Shown here: one piece after another, positions 1 to 13,956 of the stretch
Position numbering within the stretch: position 1 is the first letter of the stretch
Layout: each line of letters starts with the position of its first letter
NCBI GenBank assembly: GCA_002104905.1
Contig: MCFE01000068.1
Span: forward strand, 123,938-187,937
Length of the DNA: 64,000 nt
Source: Basidiobolus meristosporus CBS 931.73
Taxonomy: Eukaryota; Fungi; Basidiobolomycota
Direction: 5' to 3'
Position numbers and translations under genes: made by a program
Notes under the pieces: generated by a model
What the model was told of the DNA's origin: nothing
The model's input: only the letters and a program-made list of their open reading frames with translations
The model's database searches: none

Positions 1-547
1 CTTTTCATGCTAGAACCAAGCACATTGATATTAGACATCATTTCATATGTGACACTATAGAGAATTACTTAGTTAGCTTAGTTTACTGTCCTACAGATGA
101 AATGATTGCAGGCATATTTACCAAACCATTAGCTAGAGACAAGTTTCAATATCTTAGGTCAAAATTAGGACTAGTCAGTATGAGCATTTAGCTGAGTGGG
201 AGTGTTGTAAGAATTTGTAATTCCACCTAAATATTCAACTAACTTAGTCACTTAGATCATTACCCTCAAACCCTAGAGAATACTGACCAAATTCCTTGTC
301 AGGATTTAGAATATTTTCACCAAAATACCAGGTACCCAGATCATGAAAATTCTCAAAGTTGTCCAAACAGCCCCAAACTTTGCACACATGTTTTTGGGAC
401 CTTCCTTAACCTACTCTATGTGTTTGTAATGCCAAGACCAGGTAACAGTATAAATACTACTTTTACATTCAATAAATTATTAAGTGAAAACCACATAATC
501 TACTTGTCCTCCCAATCACTTCCAATATCTCCAAGACTCTTACAACA
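1..547 (+). mobile_element. Ty1/copia LTR retrotransposon 3' remnant (RNase H end, PPT, 3' LTR)
   Basis: Translates to FHARTKHIDIRHHF, then after a frameshift YCPTDEMIAGIFTKPLARDKFQYLRSKLGL (copia RNase H C-terminus). Purine tract GAGTGGGAG lies directly before TGTTGTAAG at 203. Confidence 0.9.
203..547 (+). repeat. LTR copy 1 (345 bp)
   Basis: Bounded by the perfect 9-bp inverted termini TGTTGTAAG...CTTACAACA. Internal TATAAATA. Aligns by eye with 1595-1935. Confidence 0.9.
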
Positions 548-1099
548 TATAGCTGGGTTTAGCTATAAAGGCAACAGAGTTGGTTTGCTATGCAGGCTAG
601 GCTTGGTGTTCTTGAGAGTGCTACATATGCTAGGCTTGGGTAGTAACTAGAACACAGTTGTTGAATTCTCAATATTTGCTGAGACACAATCTTAACTTAG
701 TTGAGACACACACTAAACCAAAAGGTTTAGTAAGTGTTATTGATACTTTTCTGATCAAGTTGAATTAGTAAGTGCCAAGAGACTGGATTAATTGAAATCA
801 GTTTGGGTGTTGATAGGTGCATAAGATAAATGAAAATTGCATCATCAATCAGCCAATGTCTTGGCAACTGCCAAGTAGCTGGATAGACCTCAGATGACTA
901 ATCACCTGGAAAGGCTTAGCAGATCAGGTTGAGGACATAATGACCACATAAAAATTGATTAGGGGTGACAGCTAGACATAGATTCTGAGAAGTAATAAAA
1001 TAAATTATAACTTGGATTAGTTATGTTTGGGCTAGGGAAAAGCAGCCAGGGTACTTGATTTTCTAACTTAGTAAAATTTGCCAAGTTTTTTAAATGATG

Positions 1100-1369
1100 A
1101 TGTACAGCAGTATTTATACTTTTACATGATCTTGGCATAACATACACATAGAATAGGTTTAGAAAGCTCACAAGAACATGTATGCAAAGCTTAGGGCTAC
1201 TTAGACAACTTTGAGAATTTTCATATTCTGGGAACCTGATATTTTGGTGAAAATAGTTTAAGTAAATACTAACATGGAATCTGGTCAGTATACTCTAAGA
1301 TTTGTGGATAATGATCTAAGCAAGCAAGTTAGGTGAATATTTTGGTGGAACTCCAAATTTCTTACAACA
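1100..1369 (-). repeat. Partial inverted LTR of the same copia family
   Basis: Reverse complement starts TGTTGTAAGAAATTTGG at 1369 and follows LTR1 to about the GTATAAATACT motif. Left limit is approximate. Confidence 0.8.
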
Positions 1370-1396
1370 ATGTATACAACTAGGCAAAGTCCAGCA

Positions 1397-1935
1397 TGTT
1401 GTGCTAGAACTAAGCACATGAATATTAGTCACCATTTCATCAAGGAAGCTACAAAAGTAATATGTTAACTTAGTTCACTGTCCTACAGATGAAATGATTG
1501 CACACATATTTTCTGTACCATAAACTAGAGACAAATATGAATATCTTAGACTACAATTATCACTAGTTAATACAAGTATTTAGTTGGGTGGGAGTGTTGT
1601 AAGTTTTGTAAATATACCTGAATATTCACCTAACTTGGTCACTTAGATCATTACCTACAAATCTCAGAGAATTCTAACCAAATTCTTTGTTGATTTACTT
1701 AGAATATTTTCACTAAATATCAGATACCAAGGACATGAAATATCTCCAAGTTGTCCAAAAAGCCACAAACTTTGCACACATGCTCTTAGGACCTTCCCAA
1801 ACCTCTTCTATGTGTTATTTGGGCAAGGCCATGTTAAAGTATAAATACTACTTTGACATTTAACAAACCAGTCAATGAAAACCATACTACCTACTTGTCC
1901 TCATCACTTCCAATATCTGCAAGACTCTTACAACA
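1397..1935 (+). mobile_element. Second degenerate Ty1/copia 3' remnant with LTR at 1595-1935
   Basis: ARTKHMNISHHF ... HCPTDEMIAHIFSVP*TRDK. PPT GGGTGGGAG, then TGTTGTAAG (1595) ... CTTACAACA (1935). Confidence 0.88.
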
Positions 1936-2955
1936 TAGTATTCCAGAGCTTTGACCATGCCTAAAGACTTTTCCAGTGAGAGTACTGAAGTTGGAGACCA
2001 AGGATGTGGTGGTGAACCAGAATACCTTCAATAATCCTAAGTCTGCTCACAACATCCTTCCATAATAGCTACCTAGGTATTGGTTTTGTAAAATGGTCAC
2101 CCTACTTATTACCAACCCTATCTGTCCTCTACCTTCCCACACACTTTTACATATTCCGGGTCTAAAAAGGATGAATATTAGGCCACCAATGATGGATAAA
2201 CGCATCCAGCTGATAGAAAATTGCATGCTAGTTACTATCCAAAAGTTGTGGTCAAATGAAAGCCACTAACTTCCCAACCTCGCCTCCAAAATGCAGTACG
2301 TACATGCTGGTGATTAGATCAACGAGTGGATTTTTTTCAATAGATTGCCCAGCATGACTACTAAATCGACGGATTTTTTTATCACCAGACCCATACACAT
2401 CCTGGGCACTGGCCTTATAGCATAATAGGCAATTAAGTAGGTGAATGATTCATATCACTTGTCAAAAGTGGTGGGGAATCTAAGCAACTTTTATGAAATA
2501 AACATCTTCTAGCGACCAGTGAAGTGGTTGGCCTTGCGTGAGCAAGTCTTCAAATCTAGATTCTCACACATGTACGACCAAACCGGATTATTACGCAATA
2601 TATGAAGGTGCATGCCTCCTGTCGTTTGGACTCCTGACCAAAACCCAATGCTAGTCGAGGGGCGAATCGAATCACCTGATCCACCGCGGGGAGCCAATCG
2701 CGAAGAAAGCGGTTTTTTTTTAGCTAATCCCAGGGGGAAACGGCCGCGATCGAGGAATTCACTGATGGCACCCACTCACCCACTCGCCCACACAAACTGC
2801 ACCCACCCCGCTGTCGGGCACGCCAGGAAAATTCAACCAAGTCCAGTGGAAATTGGGCGATTTTTTTTTTATCGACGGACAAACTGCATCACCGGTGACA
2901 ATCCGGGTCTTTTCCCTTCTTGATTGATATTCGACGAGAGAGGGGTCGCGGACAA

Positions 2956-5174
2956 ATGCATCAATCGGACATATCGCTTACCGAACCTGAAGAACGTTTT
3001 GGGTTTGAGCAGAATATCTTGACGAAACCAAACCCCGAACACACCACTCGAGAAACTACCGGTGGGAACTGGGAGTCCTCGGAGGGCCATATAGATTCCG
3101 AAATCTCTTCTCAAGCCACGGATGACTTTGATTTGAACCCAGAAAATAAACCCACCAACCCCCCAACTATGAACCCCTCTAATCCCATTCCTCCCCACAG
3201 CAGCGCCCCTCAAGCCGACCCTCCGGCCCGGGCACCCGAGAAGAAGAAGAAACCGGCCAGGAAAGGGCTGCGGCAAAGGCTTTCTCGGGAAGAGGAGGAG
3301 TCGCTGACGCTGGACATGCTGGCACTCTTTGAGGTTTGTTTTCACACTATGGCGCACCCAGGGGAAACCCGACCTCACTAAACCTCGTATTTTTGGTGAC
3401 CCACCCAACCGATTACTCAGACCCTTCGCCCGACACCTGAGAGTATCGAGTTGAGACACAGGTTCGTGCAGAAGCTGCAGAACATCGTAGAGGTCGAGTG
3501 GCCCGACAAGTATATAAAGGTGCACTTATTCGGGTAAAGCATTCCTATTCTGCTCGCCCGTTCTGCCCACCACCGGACTCACCCCTCTCCCCACCCCAGT
3601 TCCTCAGCGAACCTGCTATCCACCTCCACCAGCGATGTCGACATCTGCATCCTTACCGACTGGGACGACCTTACCAACGTGCACGTTTTGGCCGCCTGTA
3701 TGCGTAAACGTGAGTCCAAGAATTCTCCCCAACAAGGGTTCACTTGAGCATGTCTAACCACCGGGTCCAACAGATGGAATGCGCCGGGTTTACTGCATTG
3801 CCGGAGCCAAGGTCCCCATCGTGAAGATGTGGGATCCCGAATTGTAAGCACCACCCTTTCCCTTTCCCTTTCGCGATAGCCTATCTGGCAGCCGGCGAGC
3901 GGATGGATTAACCTTTTGCTGGGAATATAGGAAGCTGGCCTGCGACATCAACATCAACCACCCGATCTCCCTGAGGAACACCGAGATGATCCGCACCTAC
4001 GTTGCGATCGATCCGCGCGTGAGGCTACTCGTGATGATCATCAAATACTGGACGAAGCGTCGAGTGCTGAACGACGCAGGTTTGTGGCATTTCCCCTTCA
4101 GGACCCCGGTCAATCCCCACTAAGTCGGTTCATTCCAGGTGTCGGCGGCACCCTATCAACCTACACATGGGTCAACATGATTCTGAACTTCCTCCAGATG
4201 CGCAACCCGCCAGTGCTCCCGAACCTGCAGAGCATGGCGAAGGATCGGCCGGACATGCTCGCCATCATCGACGGGGTGGACACGAGCTTCTACGACGACT
4301 TCCACTCGCTCATCGGGTTCGGCGACAAAAACAAGGAGACGCTGGGCGGGCTGCTCTTTGGATTTTTCAAGTAGTGAGTATCCCTTGCCTCTTCACATCT
4401 CCCCAGCGACCATGTTAGAATAACGCTCTATGTAGCTTCGCCCATGAATTTGATTACGACCGACATGTGGTTAGTCTGAGGGAAGGGGGACATCTGCTGA
4501 AGACCGACAAAGGATGGCACACCGGGAAGCTGTTCCGGGTCCTGTGTGTCGAAGAGCCGTTCAGCCCTGACCGCAACCTGGGCAATAGCGCGGATGAGTG
4601 GAGCATCGAAGGGATCCGGGAGGAATTCAAGCGAGCCTACGACATACTGGCCAAAAAGAACGACCTGAAGCTGATGTGCCAAAGATACACCTTCACCACG
4701 AAACCGCAACAAGGCGGGGACGCCAAGGACAGAGTGCCCAAGGCCAATCATGATCGCACCGCCCTGGAGCTCTCGGAGATGAGGAAAACGTTCAAACAGC
4801 ATTTCCCAGAACTCAGATCGGAGCGTCCGGTCGCCAAATCGGCCGAGAAGGAGAACGCCCCGCCAAACAAGTGGCAGCTGGCTGGCGAGCGGCTGAAACT
4901 GGACGATCTCAATGGAGCCACGTTCGCGAAGATCGTGCGGCATGCGAACAACACGGTTGCCAGGCCATCGGAGCAACCGAAGCCAACCAACCACAAGCCA
5001 CGGCCACCCGCCTCTAGCAAGCCTCGGAAAGTGCCAGGAAAGCCTCCATCTCAGGACGTCCTTAGAAAGTCGGAGGAGGCGAAACGGACGGCCAAACCTA
5101 GCCGGCCATCCAAACCTAGAAACGTGAGCAAGAAATCGAAAGAGGCCAGCGAGGTGTTACTAGCTGAAAGGTAG
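2956..5174 (+). CDS. Non-canonical poly(A) polymerase / terminal nucleotidyltransferase (Cid1/Cid13/TUTase family), multi-exon
   Basis: Spliced reading gives HLFGSSANLLSTSTSDVDIC (GS..DxD motif), NHPISLRNTEMIRTYVAIDPRV, GGTLSTYTWVNMILNFLQMRNPPVLPNL and LCVEEPF (PAP-associated domain). Introns are GT-AG. Confidence 0.9.
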
Positions 5175-5780
5175 CCACGGTTCGATACGAAATCCCCTGT
5201 ACTTTCCCACTCGCCTCCACCGACCGCACTCCGATACTCCAGCCAACCCTCTCCCTCTCCCTCTCCATCGATTTCGTTAGCCCTGTCTTTCCAACCATCG
5301 AATCACGCAGTAACCCACATAATCCGAATTTATACGGCCCCTCCCCACCCCCCCTTTACTCAATGAGTTTTACCTGTAAATCTGTAGTACCAAAAGCCAA
5401 AAATCCCCCCGAAAAAACCCCATGTATTAGATTGCTCTCAACTAAAAATGAGGGAGCCTCACTCCTGCAATTAGACCAACAAAGGATGGACTCACCAAGT
5501 CGACAAGTAAATGCCTGCCAAAACCTGATGTCCACCAAATAGGCTAGACACGGCACACCGATCGTGATAAAACGCGAAGGTGGAGCTCTTCGATGGCGTT
5601 CAAAACCAGCGCAATGGATTTATCGTGTGACATGTGCAAGTGGTGATGTGCCATGTAGCCAATTGCTGGGTGAGTGGCTAAGCCATTCGTTCTCAAGTTT
5701 CCGAGGAACCTTTTGGGGGGAGGGGAGAATGTAACCTTTATTTGAGCCAATTGCCCTCCGTTGAATGGTTTAGATCGACC

Positions 5781-8700
5781 TCATTTCTGACGTGATGCAA
5801 GGAATAGGTCACGGAAATCGGAATTGCTCTTGGATGATGTGGCGCTGCTGGACGTCGTTGGGGGACTCGCCAAGGGATGTGCTTTGGCAACCACCCTGGG
5901 CTTTTGCGTGGACAGTTTCGTCGCAGGTCTTTGGATTCGTCGTGGAAGTAGCGCGGTGGGGACGGGCATCCTAGCAAAATGTATGGTCAGGCCAATAGAG
6001 GTTTCATCTTGTGCTACCAGAAATACTCACGCTGGGGATGGTTTTGGTATCTGATTAGAGAGCTTTGCTAGATCCGAGTTCGACGGCTCCACATGAATGG
6101 TTTGTCCATCAATCACGGTCTCGTTGAGGCCGAGAACTGCCTTTCCTACATCCTGGTGAAATAATTGCCATGCTTAGCTCGGCAGTGACCATTGAAACAA
6201 GCAACCGTCCCCAGCACCAACCGATTCCTCGAAGTACTCCACAATAGCAGCATTTTTCTCCGGGATCAATCTGGCGTTTCGAATATTCCCATACTGAGTG
6301 AATCAAGTGGTTAGTGGCGAGATTGTTCCGCTCTTGCCGCCAATTCCCTACCTTTTTGAACTCCGCCCTCAACGTGACTATGGTGGTTTGCTCGGAAAGT
6401 CCTTTGACGTAGACGCTGTGAGACTCGATCCGCGACTTCTCGTCAGCGTTTTGCTTTCTGCAGAATAAGGGTAACGCTGCTTAGTACTCGGGGATTTCGT
6501 TGGATCGTATTGGTATTGGTGAGGTACCTCTCTTTCTTTCTGTCGACCAATTTCAATGGATCTGCCACGGTGACTGTGATGTGTCTACCGTTGAAATTGT
6601 ATTCGTTCAGGGACAATGCGGTGCGAGCGCAGTTCTAGAGGTGAACAGGTTAGGCCAACATTCTTGCTCCTCGTCGAGCCAGAACCCACTTCGAAATGCC
6701 TACCTCATCTTGATATTCCACAAAGCCGCATCCCTTAGACTTGCCGTCTTCGTTGGGCACAATCCTCACTTCCTGTAGAGCACCATACTATATTTCCGAC
6801 GAAGCATGTTATTTGTGTATCCCTTGGGCTTTGGTCAATCCATGTATACCTGTTGGAATAGGGACTCGAGCTCCTCTTTGGTGGTTTTTAGAGGGAAGTT
6901 GGCGACAAAGAGGGTCTTCTGATTGGCAACCTCTTGACTACCGGATAAGCAGATGATTAGTCGCCCTGTTGGTAATTGGCACCCACTTCAATCTTACCTC
7001 GGATTCGGTTTTTTCTTTTTGGAGGGATCCGAAATTGCAACTGATAACGGCTTTCCTGGTTCGAATTCTTGACCATTCAAGCTGACCGCTGATTCAGCCG
7101 ATTGCTACTCAACATCAGCATTGAGCATCAATGATTGCATCTAACGTAAGAGGTACATACACTGTGTTTAAACTGGACGTATGCAAAGCACCTGGATCTC
7201 CCTTCCTTGGTGAGAGGCATGCGTATCTCTTCGATCTCTCCAAACTGCGAGTAGATTAGGTGCCTGTTGGCATACTCATGATGACTGATCTGTACCACTG
7301 ACCGACTTGAACAGCTCTCTTATCCAGTTCTCCTCGATGGTCCGAGAGAAATTACAAACAAAGATGGTCTTCGGATCAGAGGTCTTCTCTGGACTAACAT
7401 GGGTCGAGATGTCCCTTCCGTTCAACGTGTGCCCATCCTTTGATTGAGCAGTCTGTGCTTGCTCCTAATCCTCAAGTCAGATGAGTTGCCTGGCGCGGAT
7501 TTTTCGCTAGACTTCCTACCTCACTAGCAAACTCCACGTAAGCATAGCCCTTGGAGGCCCCCTCTTTGTCCTTCACGATTCTGACGTCAACCACCGATCC
7601 GCACTAAGACTGCCGTGTTAATAACAATGCTGATATGCGCCAGACAAGATGGTGTATTCCATACATCCTTGAAGAACTCGGCAAGCTCCACTTCATCCGT
7701 GTCGGGGTTGAGGTTGCTGACAAATAGTGTGAAATCATCCTTTCGTCTACGATGAATAGAATAATCATTAGAATCCCATGAATGTACCAAAGCAAGCCAA
7801 TGATCCGGTACGTCTTGGAGAGTTTCTGTTTTTTGGATGCTACAGTAGTGCATTTAGTTCCGTGGTCATACATAGCCGATGAAGAAGGATGCTTAGTAAA
7901 TACCTGAATTCTCGTCATGCTCATCAGGCTTATCTTCCGCCATCGGGCCTTCAAGCTTGCGTTTCTCGGCTTTCTTTTCCTTCTCCTTCTGTCTTCTTTT
8001 GGCCTGATGAAGCAAGATTAGGCACAAGCTTGCGATGTCAGTAGTTGAGCCAACTGTATCGCTACCCGAAATTCCCGATCCTTCTCCAGTCGCTTCTCCC
8101 GTTTCTCGGATTCACGCTGAAGTGCGTCGGCTTCTATGAGACGGGTCTAGTATGGTGATTAGGCTATCAGTGGATTCAACCTCCAGCAAAGATCTCTCCA
8201 CTAACCTGTTCCTCCCTCTGTTGCAGGATCTTTCTTTGCTGCATGATTCGGGAGTACGCTAATTCTAAACTTTCGATCGAGCCCGCTTCGTGCTCAAAGC
8301 TGAGCCATGCTTCGAAGATCCGCTCGGGCCAATCCATCTGTTTCTGGCAAGCCTGTTTGAATATCGATTGTACTTTGCTGACGGTGTTATGTTGCCTTTA
8401 TGATTGAGATTAAGTCAGAGTCTGGTTTGGGATGTCGTCGAATCCATAGCCTTCTAAGGCTTCTTACTTCTCGAACTCTATGTATCTCAGCCAGACATCG
8501 CTCTCACCACCTTTACGTTTGATCAAGGAGTCCCAAAGCTTTCTTGCCTTTACGATATCCTCGACTATACGTGTCTATCGATTCAAATCAGAGCTTGAAC
8601 CAAGACTGGAACGACGGCAAACCCTACCTCGGTGTTGATCCAATTATACTCGACTCTGCAGTATGGGTCACCATCGGGAAAGGCTGGAACGAGATAACAT

Positions 8701-10799
8701 CAGGATGCAGTTCGAGGGGTAACTATGCTCGGGGCAAATACCGTTTGTGATTGTCTGTAAGATATAGAGGAAGCCGTTGCGAAGGCTTTCTAGAGATGCG
8801 CAAAGAACTTTTAGCCCGAAACTCAATGCTGCTCACTCCGGCACGGCATTACCTGCGTCTTTGTTTTGCTGGAACCGATGTCTAATGAAATCACAATAAC
8901 CAAAGCTTAGCTTCATAAGCTCCTCTATATTGCTTTGCAACAGCCCCGATTGTAATGACTTCTCCACAATAGCTAAATGTATCGGAAACCATAATCAGTC
9001 AACTGACAAATGAACGTCACTAGTGGACGACAATGGATGGTACCGTTGATGTCAATCTCGACCCCCCTAAAGCTTTCCTACGAATTGGCGGACAGTTATA
9101 TACCGGTGGTGACAAGGGAAATAGGTATGAAAAATACCGTTGTGCGAACAACATGGCTCCATAAATCTCCGGACCAAGGACAGTTTCGTACGCTCCTTTC
9201 ACAAACTTTTGGGACCACGCTTTGAATTCGGAAATGGCCCAACTAAGAACACACTATGAGAACCCAGTGCACGAGGACCATGTCAGCTGAAAGGACGCTC
9301 ACCAGATAGACGATATACTCGTCCCACAGTGTTGGATCTAGACAGTGGATTTGAAGTGCTCGCTCGTATGTCGTTTTCACATAGAACACGTCTATTTCTT
9401 TGTTCTTCTTTAAATACTCGATGTATGCTCGATAGGAACTCAAATCATTTCCATTCTGCGCCTATATCCAAAGAGATCAGTCATGATGACGATTACGCAC
9501 GTTACTGGGAATCAAGCTTACGATGGCGGCTTCATACTGTTCAAGCTGTGTGCAAAGATTCATGGCCTTCGTGTAAATGGAATTGGCTGCGATCATTTCG
9601 GCCTCATAGTCTTGATTGGAATAGTTCGTGACGAGGGTAGAGTATTGAGCGAATGTATTTTCCAGATCTGCAGTTACATCGGCTCGCTGGTCAGCGGGAT
9701 AGTTCCTTCTTGACAAAAAATAATGAGGCGTACCTTCGTGTGGAGTGCTGATACGCTTGAGATAGAGCTCCTTAACCCGATTATATTGAACCACGCTACA
9801 GCGACCGGTTATTTTGGATGAACTCGATGGATTGTTAATGGCCTTCTCATACCTGTGATTTGACTTTGAAAATCAAGCAGGTGGATATTAGACGATTGTT
9901 GCAACAAGTCCCCACTGTCTACATACCTCAAGAAGCCCCATTTCGAAATCTTTAAATGGGTTCCATATAACATGACTCTAAAGAGAAATCAGAATTTACG
10001 TCAACGATCTAGCCTTCCAGGGCGACTGACACCATGGAACCAACCAATTTGTAATGATGTCCGGTTGCATTCACCGCTCGGTGATATACTTCGCGGACTT
10101 TGTCCAGGTGAAAGACAGTTTGGAGAGCCTCGCTGGATGAACCATCCATGGCTTTATATTCCTCCGTCATATAATTGATGTATCTAAGCCAGATCTCTAT
10201 AGCTAGTAGAGGATTTAGACACAGAATCATACAAGCTGTCGATATGTATCATACATAAATAATCGTCCACTGCCTTTTCAAACAGCGTAAGCACTCGCTC
10301 CTTCTCTTCCACATCTACCGCAACAGCGATTTCGTCCTGAAGCCATTCCAACCATAAAGCTACATACAAATGGTATCGAGATCAGTGGCTGGAGTAAGGG
10401 AAATCTTCAAAGAGGGCTTACATTCGGTCAGTGGAAAATACTGGTGCATCTTTTCCCGCGCCTCTTTCAGCTCCTCAAACACCGAAAGTGAACGAAGCGT
10501 ATTGATGTACTCTACGTGAAGTTCGTATTGATGCGGATTGCCACCTAACTATTTGCGAAAGATCACCCAGCATTAATCACTGTAAAATCACCACCAACCC
10601 GCCACCACAACCGTCACCGTGACGGACCATCAGCCGTCCTTGTGAGGCACCGATGGGTCACGGGGAAACGGACCATTCGCGAAAAGAGGGGAAATACCTG
10701 TTCGCGTAATTCCGACACCTTCTTTTCCAAGCCCGGATCCAACTCGAACTCCTGGATCTCCATCTCATCTGAACTAGAAGAATCCGACGAAACTGACAT
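5781..10799 (-). CDS. SART3: SART3/Prp24-like U4/U6 recycling factor (HAT repeats, RRMs, C-terminal Lsm-interaction motif), many exons
   Basis: HAT-like segments (LWLEWLQDE, FEKAVDDYL, YERALQIHCLDPTLWDEYI), RRM segments (TLFVSNLNPD, SVYVKGLS) and terminal KSNSDFRDLFL. Confidence 0.85.
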
Positions 10800-12005
10800 T
10801 GCGTTTACTCCGAAAGATACCCTTGGTGAGGAAGCTTTATGCCGCTGCAGGCAAGACGACGTAGGATTTAACTAGAAAATTATTTCATCCCGAAAATTGA
10901 TTAAATCCAGCCATGAGAAGCCTAATTTATGTCCACTTTGGCTTAAGTGGGCGCTGGTGGCATTCACGGATTAGTTGGATGATCTGCGGATAATCCCAAC
11001 CTGGTCTGTAGCACGGATTCATTTATGAAGTCGGGAAACAAGATCGGCTGATCGCTCACATGGATCATTACTGGACTCATCGGGATATATGCATATCCCA
11101 ATATAAATTGGGGCACCATCCAAATTTAAGGTATGCACCTTCAACCGATCCCACATCCAGTATCTAGATAACAACTAGTCTATTGGCCAATTCCCACCCA
11201 ATCCCGGTTATACACCTCAGTGGAAACGGGTGGTAATGTGAATGTGGTAATTACCCGAGAACCCCGGGGATTGCCTCCTCCCGGAGCCAACCAAAGTGCT
11301 GTCTCAGACCACGAGGATCACAATGTTCCTGAAACCAAGCCAGATCTCACTTCTCATGGCTACTATCCATTCCTATCTATGTTAATCTATCTACCTATAT
11401 TCTCATGGAATCTAGAAATAGAGAGCAGATTGAGCTAAAACCACAGTCGATGAGGCATCCTCACATTCAGCAATCTACGATTAAGCTGGTAACGGACGGA
11501 AGCAATTCACTTGACCTTGTCCGATCCACAAATCATGTGTGCGCTTGCTAATCTTGGTAATGTTCGGGATGGATTCCATGGAATGGTGTGGAGATTAAAT
11601 TTAATAGGTGCTTTAGACAATTCTCAGATAAACAGTGTAGGAATATAGGAGTCAACGAAACAAGTCGGTCTAGAAGGGGTGACATTCTACATATGGATTT
11701 TTCAGTGATCCAACCAACAGCATGGTGCAGGTCCTTGGGGTGCCGTCGAAGACACATTGCCAGTGCTTCAAAAAGGTCTAGATTGAGATTGGGTCTATTA
11801 TGAGCTGGCATCAAGAAGTTGAACCGGTGGGATATACGATAGTGTTGGGCTAGTGTGGGCGGCCGCAAGCTGGGTTCTTACTATTTACATAAAACATTCC
11901 GATAAGCCATGTGTTGAGAAGCGTGGAAATAAGCACAAAGTAATGAATGGTTGAGCGTTTTCAAATATCATGAGCAGATTAGAAGCTAGTGTCGAGGCGT
12001 GGGAA

Positions 12006-13270
12006 TTAAGAGAGTAGAAACGAGAGGGTCAATTTCTTGTCATCTGGCTTCTCTTCCCTAGACTCGGTGGGCAGAGATCGCGTGTCGTTGCCGTTTCTAC
12101 CGTGACTAGCATCGTTGGTGGTGCTAACGCTATTGCTTCGTGAATCACTAGTGTCATTCTCAGATTTTCCATTTTTGGCGGTCATTTGTGCCTCTTTCGC
12201 TTTTTTCTTTGATAACTTGGCCCAAACTTTGGAATCAATGATAAGTAACAATATTACACGGTAATGATATATAGCTGGCTCATACTAAGTCCACATGCAT
12301 TGCAAAGTGTCCTCGGTCCTTTGGAGTGGGTCGAATTTTAGTACTAGTGCTTGGAACGTGGGTCAATATAGGCATATATGGAAATGTACCTAATGGGCCT
12401 TTTCTCCACTCCGGTGTGTCCGTGCTAGTGAGGGGAGGTTTAGTGTCTGTACAAAGCAGGTCGGAGGAACTGCCTGTTACCAGTTGCAAGAATGACAGTA
12501 GAGTTTAGCCTGGTTACTCTTGGTTCGTTTCTGCAAATCGAAATAAAAGATATGGTTATATATTGCGGAGAGAAGTAGGCACGAAATCCAGAATTACTTT
12601 TGGTTTTTCTGAGCTTTTGGTGGGGACGGGTGATTGGGAAGGGGATGTCTATGTTGATGAATAGGCGAATTAGGGAAAAGCTCAGACTGGCATAACAGCG
12701 CTTCTGGTTACTCTTTGCTCGGCAGTCAAAAACACGTCGTATAAAGCTTTAGCAGAATCCACAAGCTGATTGGTATCTCCGGCATCTGAGCGGTCGAATT
12801 TACTAAGTATTCCAATGATTTCGTCACACCTGTTGGAGATCTTGGGTAAAGCCATCAGCGGGGTGCAGAAGAACATTGTGTCACAAGGCGATTACCTCGT
12901 TGTAATGATTTGAAGATAGTCGAAATTGAGGCTCCAAAGCATTCACTCTTTCTTTGCTGGAGAAGGCTGGGGGATAGCCTCTCACGACTGCGCAAGAATC
13001 ATCGTAAGGTCTATTGGGGTATTGCTGGGGAGGCGTGTTTGCGTAGTTGTACTTGTCCGAGGGATGAGCTTGTGGTGGAGGCAGAGCGCCCGAGTACAAG
13101 TGAGAGTAAGGGTGGCCAAGCTGAGGGCCTGGAGGTGGGTTGGAATGATTCAAAGAGTGGTTGTGCATCGAATGGGAGGGCGGATTAGGAAAGCCGCTTG
13201 GATACGCGGCATAATCGGAGGAGGAGTCGTGCATATAGGGCCTTTTGTGAGATACTGGGGAATATGACAT
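12006..13270 (-). CDS. GATA zinc-finger transcription factor (single CX2CX18CX2C finger)
   Basis: Splicing across short introns gives [32 protein letters not shown]. Pro/His-rich N-terminal exon at 12881-13270. Confidence 0.85.
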
Positions 13271-13956
13271 TACACGAATCAGCGAAAGATAATAGAAGGA
13301 GGAAGAGCAAAGAGTGAATAAAGGACGAGGGAAAAATCCAAGATGATTAGGGTCAAATCACAATATAAAATTGATCCGATACCAATCACAAAACGGCAAG
13401 GAATGATGGATCAAGGATTTTCGTTCTTCAGGGAAAGTGGAAAATACCATTTCGACGTTGGTAGAAAATGATATGAATGAATCAGGCACCGCACATATCC
13501 AGATTAACTGAGATAAGCCGATGCTAGGCGGTGACACCTGGCTCTCATTGTCCCTATAGATGGTGACACTTGGCTCTTGTTGTCCCTATATTTAGCAATT
13601 CCCTAACTTTCCTGTTGAAACTCGATCTTCACCAAGCATGACAACAGCTAGTAATCGCCCATGTTTTTGGCAATAGGTATGTGCCCATCTCCCTTGGGTA
13701 GGAGGCAGCGCACAACTCTATGGATCAGCATAGCTAGATTAATCTCCCGTCGAATGTGATCCAATCTGAATCTCCCATCCAGTATTGATCCAATCAGGCT
13801 TGCTATTAAGATGGTTGTCCAATCAACCTTGATCTCATCTACCCATGTTGATAGAGATCTCCGTGAGCCGGCAACATGACGAATGTCAACATCAGATAGG
13901 TTGAGGATTTTATTGGCTGCTGTGGTTCTGTTACATATGTGGGAGTGGGGTATGGC

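Noticed and set aside
420-1171. ORFs 420-650 and 959-1171
   Set aside because: They run through LTR or degenerate repeat sequence and are chance ORFs.
2956-5174. Idea that the Cid1-family enzyme adds the oligo-C tails of the retroelements
   Set aside because: The gene is 50 kb away and an ordinary conserved fungal gene. Nothing in the sequence links it to the elements or shows C specificity.
10870-12000. Short ORFs (11220-11438, 11548-11868, 11588-11803) between SART3 and the GATA gene
   Set aside because: They have no recognisable motif and overlap on opposite strands, so they are treated as intergenic.
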